A stretch of DNA of 64,000 bases, taken from an uncultured Calditrichota bacterium (GTDB lineage: Bacteria > Calditrichota > Calditrichia > JAJRVZ01). Shown here in pieces: positions 45,506-54,176 of this stretch (its first letter is position 1; each line of letters opens with the position of its first letter). The notes below the pieces were generated by a model. It was not told where the DNA came from. It was given only the letters and a program-made list of their open reading frames with translations, and ran no database searches. The DNA is taken from the NCBI GenBank assembly GCA_964489835.1, contig CAZBBC010000001.1:71564-135563 (forward strand), in the 5' to 3' direction. The translations under genes and the position numbers were made by a program.

Positions 45506-47533
45506 TCAATTTTGAATGACTACCTTAATTATTTTATCATCTACTTCGATATTATCCACAATACTCATTCCATTAACCACTTTACCAAAAACTGTATACC
45601 TTCTGTTTAAATGTGGCTGCTCAGAATGACAAATAAAAAACTGACTTCCTCCGGTGTCTTTACCTGCAGTTGCCATTCCAATCGTACCGCGGTTGAATGA
45701 GTTCTCATTATATTCGCAGGGGATAGAATAGTCCGGTCCTCCCCAGCCATCTCCCCTGGGATCCCCTCCCTGAACCACAAAATCGCTAACGACCCGATGA
45801 AAGGTGAGATTATCGAAAAAACCATTTTGAGAAAGGAAGATGAAATTAGCGACGGTGGCCGGTGCAATATCAGGACAAAGCTGGATTAAGATATCCCCCT
45901 TCTCGGTTTGAATGGATGCCTGAACCGGTTCGTTTAGGAAATATTTTACTTCTGGTATATACAAACTTTCAGAAAGGTCATTTCTCGGTGAAAATTGTAT
46001 CTGAGATGTTGTCAGATGATGTTCAATCTGTTTCGCAATGGCAAAGGAAGATGTGTTCTGATAGACATTTTGTAAGAAATGGATAGATTCAGACGATTCG
46101 ATGGTCATGATCCCTTTTAAAATTACCTGCATCGCACCCAGACCATCGGGTTCCGAAAATTGAGCATAGGCCAGGCGCAAATCATCAAATTTTATCTGTT
46201 TTGGATTTTCAATAATCCACTCTGCAGCAGTTGCTGCTAAGGCAAGATCTCCGGACAAAATAAGCTCTTTTGCTTGATTATAACAAACCGTTTTTAACTC
46301 CTGCAACTCTCTGAAAGCAGTAAATTTTAAGCGATTATTCGGAACATGTAAAAATTGCCGGAGCTGATCCAATGACAATTTATTTTTAATATTTGCCAGA
46401 CTTTTCAATAGTAATTGTTTACTATAAATATTCCCTTTATCCAGGTTTTGCTGAATAAGTGGATAAACTATTTGTGGATGTTTTTTTGATAAGGCAAGAA
46501 TTATATTTCCTTTATCTGCCCAGCTGGCTTCCTGAAATACCCGAAGAAGAGATTGTTTGGCTTCCGACTTATCCATGCGGGCTAATGATGCGATGGCTGC
46601 CTGGCGAAGATGCGGATTCGGATTCCGAAGGTAGTTGGCAACCGCCTTAAATGAGGAGCTGTCTTCACTATGGGATAGAATAGAAATCTCATATATCTTA
46701 TGACGCCAGGAGTTGCTGTTATTGTATAGGTCAGTTATTAAATTTTGTTTTAATGTATCGAACAACGCAGAATCTCTGGTTGGTATGGAATAATTTTCCA
46801 ATGAACGACTGAGGGCTTTTAGACGGTATTTATTCCATATTGATTCAGATTTCAGAGAACTTTTGATCAGACTTCGGATCGCCAAATAATGCGGATGTCT
46901 GGAAAAAAAATAAGCCGCGGCCCCCCTGACTCCTGCGTTTGGATATTTAAGATAGGTTGTTATAGCATTACACTTTCTAATATTTTTAAAGTTGGGAGGG
47001 GCAATATGGGTAATACTTTGGATTGCTGATATCTTCAGCGAATCTGAAAGAGAGGGAAGGTGAGCAACCAGAGTGTCTATTAAACTCTCGTTTTTACTTT
47101 TTCCGATAGCGTTAAGTATTTGCTTCTGATAAGCATTATATTTTTTATCCTTCAACAAGGAACAAAGTAAAGAATCCTGTTCTCCGATTTGACCGATCGC
47201 AAAGAGCGCTTTACTTATAACCGCGGGATTTTTATCTTTAAGAAGTTCTTTAAGAATAGAAAGATGAGCGGAACTGCCGATTTTTGCCATTGCGTCGGCA
47301 ACTAATAGTCGTATCTCTCCACTCGTATTTACGATTAAATTTTCAAAATTTTCGGGATGGTTGTTTCTTTGAAACTCAAGCATTCGAATTTTTTGTGCAA
47401 TTTCTTTTTTCTCTTTTTGAAAACAGGAAAAAAATGAGACGATCAATATTAATCCGATGATATTCTTCAAAGTTTTACCCAAATGATTTGTCCTGCGCCG
47501 GGCAGGATATGAATTATAGAAAAAATGTACCAT
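45506..47533 (-). CDS. lipoprotein: HEAT/armadillo-like repeat region fused to C-terminal cyclophilin-type peptidyl-prolyl isomerase
   Basis: Lipobox-like LILIVSFFSC. About 480 aa of HEAT-like repeats (recurrent ...NP.VR..A..AL... units). The C-terminus FHRVVSDFVVQGGDPRGDGWGGPDYSIPCEY ... GTIGMATAGKDTGGSQFFI ... YTVFGKVV is canonical cyclophilin. Confidence 0.8.
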   Translation of the reverse strand: MVHFFYNSYPARRRTNHLGKTLKNIIGLILIVSFFSCFQKEKKEIAQKIRMLEFQRNNHPENFENLIVNTSGEIRLLVADAMAKIGSSAHLSILKELLKDKNPAVISKALFAIGQIGEQDSLLCSLLKDKKYNAYQKQILNAIGKSKNESLIDTLVAHLPSLSDSLKISAIQSITHIAPPNFKNIRKCNAITTYLKYPNAGVRGAAAYFFSRHPHYLAIRSLIKSSLKSESIWNKYRLKALSRSLENYSIPTRDSALFDTLKQNLITDLYNNSNSWRHKIYEISILSHSEDSSSFKAVANYLRNPNPHLRQAAIASLARMDKSEAKQSLLRVFQEASWADKGNIILALSKKHPQIVYPLIQQNLDKGNIYSKQLLLKSLANIKNKLSLDQLRQFLHVPNNRLKFTAFRELQELKTVCYNQAKELILSGDLALAATAAEWIIENPKQIKFDDLRLAYAQFSEPDGLGAMQVILKGIMTIESSESIHFLQNVYQNTSSFAIAKQIEHHLTTSQIQFSPRNDLSESLYIPEVKYFLNEPVQASIQTEKGDILIQLCPDIAPATVANFIFLSQNGFFDNLTFHRVVSDFVVQGGDPRGDGWGGPDYSIPCEYNENSFNRGTIGMATAGKDTGGSQFFICHSEQPHLNRRYTVFGKVVNGMSIVDNIEVDDKIIKVVIQN

Positions 47534-47732
47534 TGTTGCAATATAATTTCGTAAATCATGTCGGATATATAAAAATAATTTGCTGGAAGTCTATAAAAAT
47601 TTAGGGGTTATCGATTGTGCCACAACGAAAAAGTGTTTGACATTAATTTTAGATTTGATTAACTTCCTCTCCCAGTATAATATAAAAAAGACGTTCATTT
47701 ATTTTAAACAATATTATTAATGTGGAGGCATA

Positions 47733-49409
47733 ATGGCTAGTCAAGACGGCAGAGGATCCCTCATATTAAAGATTATTATAGTTCTTCTGGTTGTTGCCAT
47801 GGTTATTGCGATTAAATTACCTGGTCAAATCTGGCAGGAAGAAGATATGATCAGGGATACAAGCCGTGGGAATATGGCAACGCTTTATGAAGCACAGCGT
47901 TATTTTTATAGTTTAAAAAAAGTTTATTCTCATAATGAAGATGAATTAATAGCCACCATTCAAAATGATTCCGCCTTGAGTAAAAGACAATTAGTTGTCA
48001 ATCATACGACACGCTTAAGAGATGCCATGGAAACATTTTTAAATACATCGGTGGTACAAAATCTGTACGCAATATCATCAAATATTAAAAGTATCGAAGA
48101 TGATTTAAATGCCAACAAGCGGTTCTTTAAAACTATTGAAGAAATTGACCGGGAAGCGGAAGAGATTAAAATGCAAATATATACATTCCGTTCGGCGATG
48201 GATTTTGAGGACTACGCTCTGGTTGTGACAGCATTGGATAGTATGTGGCAATTAAGGCGCGATCTTACGGATTACTCTCTGCAATCTGCCGCACGTTATG
48301 CTTCTTCATTTTCAAAGGAAATATCAGAAACTGTAGCTTCGATTGATTTTGGTGCTATTAATCAGGTCTGGATCCCAATATCCAACAGAACATCGGATTT
48401 AATGGAAACAGTAAATAATTCAAAGTTGAAAACTCTCACCAGTGTGGCTGACCGTGTGGCCGATTTTCAACGTGATGCCGGTGAAGGATTTGCTTTTTTT
48501 CTTACAAAGAAAACAGACGTTTCTCTCAATGAGGTGGTTGCAGCATCTGAAGATCTGTCAAGTGTCTATAATGAATTTTTATCTGACTTTTTAATCACAG
48601 AAGAATTTGCACAATATGCTCTCAGCGAAAGTGATTCTCTTTTGATAAATATTAGCAAACGCAGTTTTTATACCCCGGATAAAAATCTGGCATATATAAT
48701 GAAAAGCGATGATTCTCTGGGTTTTCGCGTTGAAGATCCAACCCTTCTGGAGGAGCTGAAGTCAAAGGCAGTCACTGAATCAGATCGAATCAGTAAGTTA
48801 CTGTTTATGAGCGCTTTTTCGAACTATGAAAAGCAGATCGAAGCTATAAGAGAATTTTACCCAGAGGTAAAAACCAAATATAGACGGAATATTGATGTTA
48901 TGATTAAAACAAAAGAGTTAGAGGCAGTCATAGAGAAATTACCGGAAAGTGCTGCCTATGATGCTTACTTGCAAGAAAAAGCATACGTTCAGCTTGTACC
49001 GATGAGTGATTCCTATTCAGCAATCAAGGAAGAAATAGAATCGGCACTCATCAGCACAGGAGCTTTTAAGCAAATATATTCAGATCATTATTTTGGTGCT
49101 CTGGACACTATTCATATTGAAATCATCAATCAAATGAATGAATACAACGAATTATTGTCCCAGATACGACGCAATGAATATTCATTCGAAACCCACATTA
49201 ATGCTTTAAATACGGCACTCGAACAGATAAAATCTATTCCAACAGAATCAGTATTATCTGAACTTCAGGATATTGAAGAAAATATGAAAGATCTTTTTCT
49301 CTTTGCCTCTGAAGGTAAGGAACAAGCCGTATACGGTGTATTCAATACGCGAACTGTCAACTATGGTAAGATTTTTGGAACTACTGGTCAAAAAAGTTGG
49401 GAAGAGTAA
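47733..49409 (+). CDS. hypothetical single-pass, predominantly helical 558-aa protein with degenerate prepilin-like N-terminus
   Basis: N-terminus MASQDGRG-SLILKIIIVLLVVAMVIAIKLPG, followed by RGNMATLYEAQRYFY, which resembles the class III signal/pilin helix but lacks Glu+5. The rest is acidic and helical with no motif I recognise. TATAAT lies at about 47685. Confidence 0.6.
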   Translation: MASQDGRGSLILKIIIVLLVVAMVIAIKLPGQIWQEEDMIRDTSRGNMATLYEAQRYFYSLKKVYSHNEDELIATIQNDSALSKRQLVVNHTTRLRDAMETFLNTSVVQNLYAISSNIKSIEDDLNANKRFFKTIEEIDREAEEIKMQIYTFRSAMDFEDYALVVTALDSMWQLRRDLTDYSLQSAARYASSFSKEISETVASIDFGAINQVWIPISNRTSDLMETVNNSKLKTLTSVADRVADFQRDAGEGFAFFLTKKTDVSLNEVVAASEDLSSVYNEFLSDFLITEEFAQYALSESDSLLINISKRSFYTPDKNLAYIMKSDDSLGFRVEDPTLLEELKSKAVTESDRISKLLFMSAFSNYEKQIEAIREFYPEVKTKYRRNIDVMIKTKELEAVIEKLPESAAYDAYLQEKAYVQLVPMSDSYSAIKEEIESALISTGAFKQIYSDHYFGALDTIHIEIINQMNEYNELLSQIRRNEYSFETHINALNTALEQIKSIPTESVLSELQDIEENMKDLFLFASEGKEQAVYGVFNTRTVNYGKIFGTTGQKSWEE

Positions 49410-49462
49410 AATCATTATAATATAAGAGAAATATCCACTTTTTCTCTTTAAGTTGGTTTAAT

Positions 49463-50404
49463 ATGAGTATTCATATCGGTCTGGCATTTTGCGTTGAAAA
49501 TATCAATTATGCAGTATTTTTAAAAGAATCTCAAACACTCCTGCTTGATCAACTGGGAAGTGTTTCTTATCCCTTTCCTTATGTCGAATACGAATTATTT
49601 AAAGAGGATAAACTTTCTCAGCTAACAAATCTGATTAACAGCAAAATATTATCTGGAAAGACAGATATCCAGAACATATCCATTTCGATTGAATCCAATT
49701 TAGCTGCTTTAAAACGCATTGCCCTGCCGGATAATTTTACTCCCCATGAAGATCAAGAACATATCGCCTGGGATTTATCGCATAGCTTATCTGAACCAAT
49801 AGATCGATACATGTTTTACAAGACAGATAATTGTTTTAAAAGAGACAACCAAAAAGATTATCTGACGATTGCTATACAGAAAAAAGTTGTCAACTTCTTT
49901 CAAATATTATGCAAACAATTGGGTTTAAATTTAGTGGATATCAGTATCAATCAGCTGGTAGCAGAAATTACGCTTCGGCAACTTTTGCATAATCAGGTGG
50001 ATGGACTTATTGTGATATTTAAAATAGGATTATCCAGATTGGAGAGTACTTATTTATGGAACGGGAACTACTATACATCTAACTATGAGCGAATATTTGA
50101 AAATTATCAATCAGCGACCTATAAGAATAATCTTGTTAATAAGATTAAAACAAAAGTTAAGCAGATCGAAAATCTTTTTGAACAATATACACAAAACAGG
50201 GTAGAGGTAAATCGAATATTTTTATATGGGGATAATATTGAAGATAGTTTCATTCAATTATTGCAGAAAAATTTATCTGTTATTGCACTCAGACTGAATC
50301 CATTGCAAAATATTGATAAAACTGACAGAATGCAAAATACCCTCCCATCAATTGAACAGGCAACAAAATTTGTTGAGTCTATTGGTGTCATTCTTGATCA
50401 ATAG
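49463..50404 (+). CDS. hypothetical protein, possible PilM/FtsA-like actin-fold protein (degenerate)
   Basis: 313 aa. Segment order resembles PilM: N-terminal IGLAF..ENINYAVF strand pair, LAALKRIALPDNFTPHEDQEHIAWDLSHSL (compare the PilM 'LP ... EL ... I.WEA' segment), YLTIAIQKKVVNFFQILCKQLGLNLVDISINQL and IFKIGLSRLEST. The phosphate-1 Asp is missing. This is pattern recognition only. Confidence 0.4.
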   Translation: MSIHIGLAFCVENINYAVFLKESQTLLLDQLGSVSYPFPYVEYELFKEDKLSQLTNLINSKILSGKTDIQNISISIESNLAALKRIALPDNFTPHEDQEHIAWDLSHSLSEPIDRYMFYKTDNCFKRDNQKDYLTIAIQKKVVNFFQILCKQLGLNLVDISINQLVAEITLRQLLHNQVDGLIVIFKIGLSRLESTYLWNGNYYTSNYERIFENYQSATYKNNLVNKIKTKVKQIENLFEQYTQNRVEVNRIFLYGDNIEDSFIQLLQKNLSVIALRLNPLQNIDKTDRMQNTLPSIEQATKFVESIGVILDQ

Positions 50405-50427
50405 AGTAAAGGTTTTTGGAGGAAAAG

Positions 50428-51612
50428 ATGGCAAAATACAATATTCTTCGAGATAAAGATGAGTTGTTTGAAAACCAGGAAAACATAGAGAAAAGAGATA
50501 TAAAAGCTCAAGGGGATGACACAAAAGAGGAAGAGCCGGCGTATTATTCCGACCCAACAGAAGAAGAAAAAAATACACCCGGAGATGATTTCTTTAGTGA
50601 TGAAATTTTTTCTGCCATTGAAGACGAAAAACCAGAGCCAATATCGGAGATACCTATTGAGCAGGAAGAATTATATTTGCCAGAGGAGTCTATCTCTGAA
50701 CCCGATATCGCAGTCCCACCCGATCTGGTAAAAGAAGAAATAGGGGCCTACGACGAAACGGCACAAAGCGAATATCCTTCTCAAGAAGAAAAGAGTGAAA
50801 AGCCTATTCTTTTTTCCTATGAAGAGGACGATAAGCAGCTGGGTATAAACTATAAGCCCATTTTTATTGGTGTTGGAATAGCTGCCGTATTAGTGGTAAT
50901 ATTTTTTATTATATCAAATGTGTTTTTTAGTGAGGAAGGTGAAAAACTTGCAGACCAGAAGGTTGAATCGGCTGCAGAAAAGCTGCAAAATGAACAAGCA
51001 GAACGGAAACAAAATTTTCTTACGGCATTGAATAAATCAAACAGTCACAATCTAGAGAGCATACATTTGCTTACAACTCTCAGCCCAAAAAATATAAAGT
51101 ACTCAAGCATCCTTTTGTATGGTAGTTCACTTAACATGGAGGTTTTTGCGAAAAATCGTGATGTGTTGGCAAATTTCAATTTATTAATTAAAAAAAATGA
51201 AAGAATTAAAGAGTATAAAATCGAGACAGTAGACTACCGACCGGGAACTAATGGTGGTTTATTTGCATTGTATGATATTAATTTAAATCGAATCGAACCG
51301 ACACGTTCTGTTAGTTCTCAGAGTGTGGTCAATAAAACACCAGAAACATGGGTTCAGTCAATACAACAGCAATCCGGACTGACGATCAACTCACAGAGAG
51401 CCATTACCAGCCGACAGGAAAATCTTTTCAATGTCAACCGTAAAGAGTATGTACTTAAAGGATCATTAGAAAACTGTCTGGCATTAATCGATCAATTCGC
51501 ATCATCCAACCAGAATATTACTATTCATAAGTTATCATTACTTCCGGCTGATCAGCGCAAAATGTCCAATTCTTCTTATGTGCTCAAATTAATTCTGGAT
51601 TTTTACTTATAA
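50428..51612 (+). CDS. hypothetical bitopic protein, possible PilN/PilO-like fusion with long acidic cytoplasmic insert
   Basis: Start moved to ATG 50428 (GGAGGA 4-5 nt upstream). MAKYNILRD resembles the PilN N-terminal INLLP peptide. About 140 aa of E/D/P-rich linker follow, then TM IFIGVGIAAVLVVIFFIISNVFF, a coiled coil and two alpha/beta modules ending ...ITIHKLSLLPADQR...YVLKLILDFYL (PilO-like). Confidence 0.4.
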   Translation: MAKYNILRDKDELFENQENIEKRDIKAQGDDTKEEEPAYYSDPTEEEKNTPGDDFFSDEIFSAIEDEKPEPISEIPIEQEELYLPEESISEPDIAVPPDLVKEEIGAYDETAQSEYPSQEEKSEKPILFSYEEDDKQLGINYKPIFIGVGIAAVLVVIFFIISNVFFSEEGEKLADQKVESAAEKLQNEQAERKQNFLTALNKSNSHNLESIHLLTTLSPKNIKYSSILLYGSSLNMEVFAKNRDVLANFNLLIKKNERIKEYKIETVDYRPGTNGGLFALYDINLNRIEPTRSVSSQSVVNKTPETWVQSIQQQSGLTINSQRAITSRQENLFNVNRKEYVLKGSLENCLALIDQFASSNQNITIHKLSLLPADQRKMSNSSYVLKLILDFYL

Positions 51613-51636
51613 AATCACTGTCGAATTTATTAATGA

Positions 51637-52194
51637 ATGCGGATATTATCAGGACAATTTAGAGGTAAAAAGCTTTTCGCTGGTAATGATCTTTCTATCC
51701 GACCAACCACCGGCAAAATCAAAGAAATTATATTTTCAATTCTTGGCGACTTCTTTACAAATATAGAGGTTCTTGATTTATTCAGCGGTAGCGGAAGCTT
51801 GGGTTTTGAAACTCTTAGCCGAGGTGCTAAGCATGTAACATTTGTGGAAAAAGAAAGATCATCAATAAATGTACTGGAAAAAAATTTGGCCTCGCTCTCC
51901 GTTGATTCCCATAATATCAGCATCGTTAGAAGAGATGTTCTCGAATATTTAAAAACCTGTGCAATGCAATTTGAACTAATTTTAATGGATCCGCCTTTTC
52001 GTTATTCTCAGTTACAAGTTTTAGTTACAGAGATTATGGCGGGGGAGATTTTAAAAAAATCGGGAATTTTGGTTGTTCATCATGAAATTGACAATCCCCT
52101 TGCCACAGATCATATGCTCTATCAGGTTATAAAACAAAAAAAGATTGGACGCAGTTTAGTTTCTTTTATACTGCCGGAGGAAAAAAATGTCTGA
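51637..52194 (+). CDS. rsmD: 16S rRNA (guanine966-N2)-methyltransferase RsmD
   Basis: MRILSGQFRGKKL N-terminus, SAM motif DLFSGSGSLGFE and catalytic DPPF (LILMDPPFRY). Confidence 0.9.
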   Translation: MRILSGQFRGKKLFAGNDLSIRPTTGKIKEIIFSILGDFFTNIEVLDLFSGSGSLGFETLSRGAKHVTFVEKERSSINVLEKNLASLSVDSHNISIVRRDVLEYLKTCAMQFELILMDPPFRYSQLQVLVTEIMAGEILKKSGILVVHHEIDNPLATDHMLYQVIKQKKIGRSLVSFILPEEKNV

Positions 52195-52672
52195 AAAGAT
52201 CGCAATATACCCGGGTACTTTTGATCCCTTTACAAATGGTCATCTTGATATAACAGAACGGGCAGCCCGATTGTTCGACAAAGTCATAGTCACCATTGCC
52301 AGAAATACCAAGAAAGCACCTCTCTTTTCTGTGGAAGAGCGAATAGCTTTTATTAAAAATGCCATTGAAGATTTACCGAATGTATCAACAGACAGCTTTG
52401 AAGGACTTCTGGTGGAATTTGCACGTGAGAAAAAAGCACTGGTGATTATTCGTGGATTACGCGCGATTTCGGATTTTGAATTTGAATCTCAAATGGCATT
52501 GATGAACAGACAATTGAATAATGATATAACGACGGTATTCTTAATGCCGAATGTAAAATATACCTACTTAAATTCTACTATTGTGCGCGAGGTGGCGGAA
52601 TTTGGGGGAAATGTGGAAAAACTTGTTTCCCCAATGGTGGCAAAAAAACTCAGAGAAAAAACCAAGAGGTAA
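52187..52672 (+). CDS. coaD: pantetheine-phosphate adenylyltransferase
   Basis: IAIYPGTFDPFTNGHLDI (T/HxGH motif), RGLRAISDFEFE and ISSTIVRE-like LNSTIVRE. It overlaps rsmD by 8 nt. Confidence 0.93.
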   Translation: MSEKIAIYPGTFDPFTNGHLDITERAARLFDKVIVTIARNTKKAPLFSVEERIAFIKNAIEDLPNVSTDSFEGLLVEFAREKKALVIIRGLRAISDFEFESQMALMNRQLNNDITTVFLMPNVKYTYLNSTIVREVAEFGGNVEKLVSPMVAKKLREKTKR

Positions 52673-52676
52673 GAGG

Positions 52677-53651
52677 ATGGAAATTATTGAAAAATTCAGA
52701 CAACTGGCAAAAAGCAAAAAGAAAACAATTGTATTGCCTGAAGGAGAAGAAGATCGTGTAATTAAAGCAGCTTATTTTCTAAAAAGCAATCAATTGGTGA
52801 GCCCTATTTTGATTGGCAACCCCGAAAAAATAGAAAAAACGTCAAATTCCCTAGATTTGGATATTAGCAATGTTGAAATTATGAATCCTGGAAATTCTCC
52901 TTTTATAAATGAATGGACAGAAAAATTTTACGAACTACGTCGGCATAAAAATATAAGTATGAAAGAAGCCGCGCTAGCCATACAAAGCTCCCTATATTTT
53001 GGTGCCTTTGCTGTGCGGGAAGGTTTGGCTAATGGTGCCGTTGCCGGGTCTATCAATACCACCGGTGATGTTTTACGCGCAGGGATTCAGGTCCTTGGGC
53101 TTGCAGAAAACGTATCGGTGGTATCCAGCTCCTTTATTATGGTTCTTCCAGATGAAAAAATCTTGACATTCGCTGATTGTGCAGTAATTCCAAATCCCGA
53201 TGATGAACAACTGGCAAGTATTGCGATCAGCAGCGCACAAACACACGAAAAGCTGGTTGAAGAAAGTGCCAAAGTGGCCATGCTTTCTTTCTCTACAAAG
53301 GGTAGTGCTTCCCATGAGGATGTTGACAAAGTAATTAAAGCGACCCAAAGAGTACGTGACAAAAAACCAGAGCTTTTGGTAGATGGTGAATTACAATTTG
53401 ATGCTGCCTTTGTCGAATCAGTCGCCAGAAAAAAAGCAAAAAATAGTCCTGTCGCCGGTCAGGCGAATGTATATATTTTTCCTGATCTGGATGCGGGAAA
53501 TATTGGTTACAAAATAGCTCAGCGAATTGGTGGTGCAGAAGCCATTGGTCCGATTATTCAAGGGCTGAAGCAGCCATTTAATGATCTTTCGCGAGGTTGC
53601 AATGTGGAAGATATCATTAATGTCGCCTGTATATGTGCCATTATATCCTGA
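52677..53651 (+). CDS. pta: phosphate acetyltransferase (short form)
   Basis: Start moved to ATG 52677 (AAGAGG upstream). MEIIEKFRQLAKSKKKTIVLPEGEEDRVIKAA, AVAGSINTTGDVLR and GPIIQGLKQPFNDLSRGC are Pta/PTA_PTB signatures. The track extension back to 52581 overlaps coaD and is rejected. Confidence 0.9.
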   Translation: MEIIEKFRQLAKSKKKTIVLPEGEEDRVIKAAYFLKSNQLVSPILIGNPEKIEKTSNSLDLDISNVEIMNPGNSPFINEWTEKFYELRRHKNISMKEAALAIQSSLYFGAFAVREGLANGAVAGSINTTGDVLRAGIQVLGLAENVSVVSSSFIMVLPDEKILTFADCAVIPNPDDEQLASIAISSAQTHEKLVEESAKVAMLSFSTKGSASHEDVDKVIKATQRVRDKKPELLVDGELQFDAAFVESVARKKAKNSPVAGQANVYIFPDLDAGNIGYKIAQRIGGAEAIGPIIQGLKQPFNDLSRGCNVEDIINVACICAIIS

Positions 53652-53733
53652 AATACCGAGAAGCCTGATTAAGTTGCATATTTGTTCGTGAGTTTTGTAA
53701 ATTATTTAATTTATAGAAGAGCGGAGCATGTAA

Positions 53734-53985
53734 ATGCCAACATATGAATATTATTGTACATCATGCGGCTTCGAGTTTGAGGAATTTCAAAGCATTGCTT
53801 CTGAACCCATAAATATATGTCCTAAATGCAAGGGTCAGGTAAAACGAAGAATTTCCGGTGGTACCGGACTTATTTTCAAAGGATCTGGATTTTATATAAC
53901 TGATTATAAAAATAAAAAGTCCAGCCCCCCCTCTACCCCAGAAAAACCAAAAAAGAAAGAGAAGGAAGAAACAAAAGTCTCATAA
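53734..53985 (+). CDS. FmdB-family zinc-ribbon protein
   Basis: MPTYEYYCTSCGFEFEEFQSIASEPINICPKCKG has two CxxC pairs in the canonical FmdB arrangement, followed by a basic/Pro-rich tail. Confidence 0.88.
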   Translation: MPTYEYYCTSCGFEFEEFQSIASEPINICPKCKGQVKRRISGGTGLIFKGSGFYITDYKNKKSSPPSTPEKPKKKEKEETKVS

Positions 53986-54176
53986 TTGTGAGAGATTCCC
54001 GGGATTATCTTAGAACGATTTTGCATATTTTCAGATTGAATGATCCGGGTGGAGTATAATAAGTTAAAATATGCAATTTTTTTCTTTTACTTTGTGAATG
54101 ATTGCACTATATTAAGTTGTTTCCCATAGAACCAATTTTATCAGGACTTACCATATATTTAAGAAAGGAGTTCTAT

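Noticed and set aside
52581-52676. The ORF-track N-terminal extension of pta, which overlaps coaD by 92 nt. I treated similar extensions the same way: 54102-54176 (gltA), 60449-60502 (glutaredoxin-like), 63905-63976 (acpS), 23139-23219, 33729-33770, 10672-10791 and 57334-57444.
   Set aside because: In each case an internal ATG preceded by a Shine-Dalgarno-like sequence yields the canonical family N-terminus or a proper signal peptide. The extensions are just stop-free upstream sequence.
53990-54070. An imperfect long hairpin (CCCGGGATTATC ... GAATGATCCGGG) after the FmdB-family gene, considered as a terminator.
   Set aside because: The stem has a bulge and mismatches, the loop is about 36 nt, and there is no T-run. 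The evidence is insufficient.
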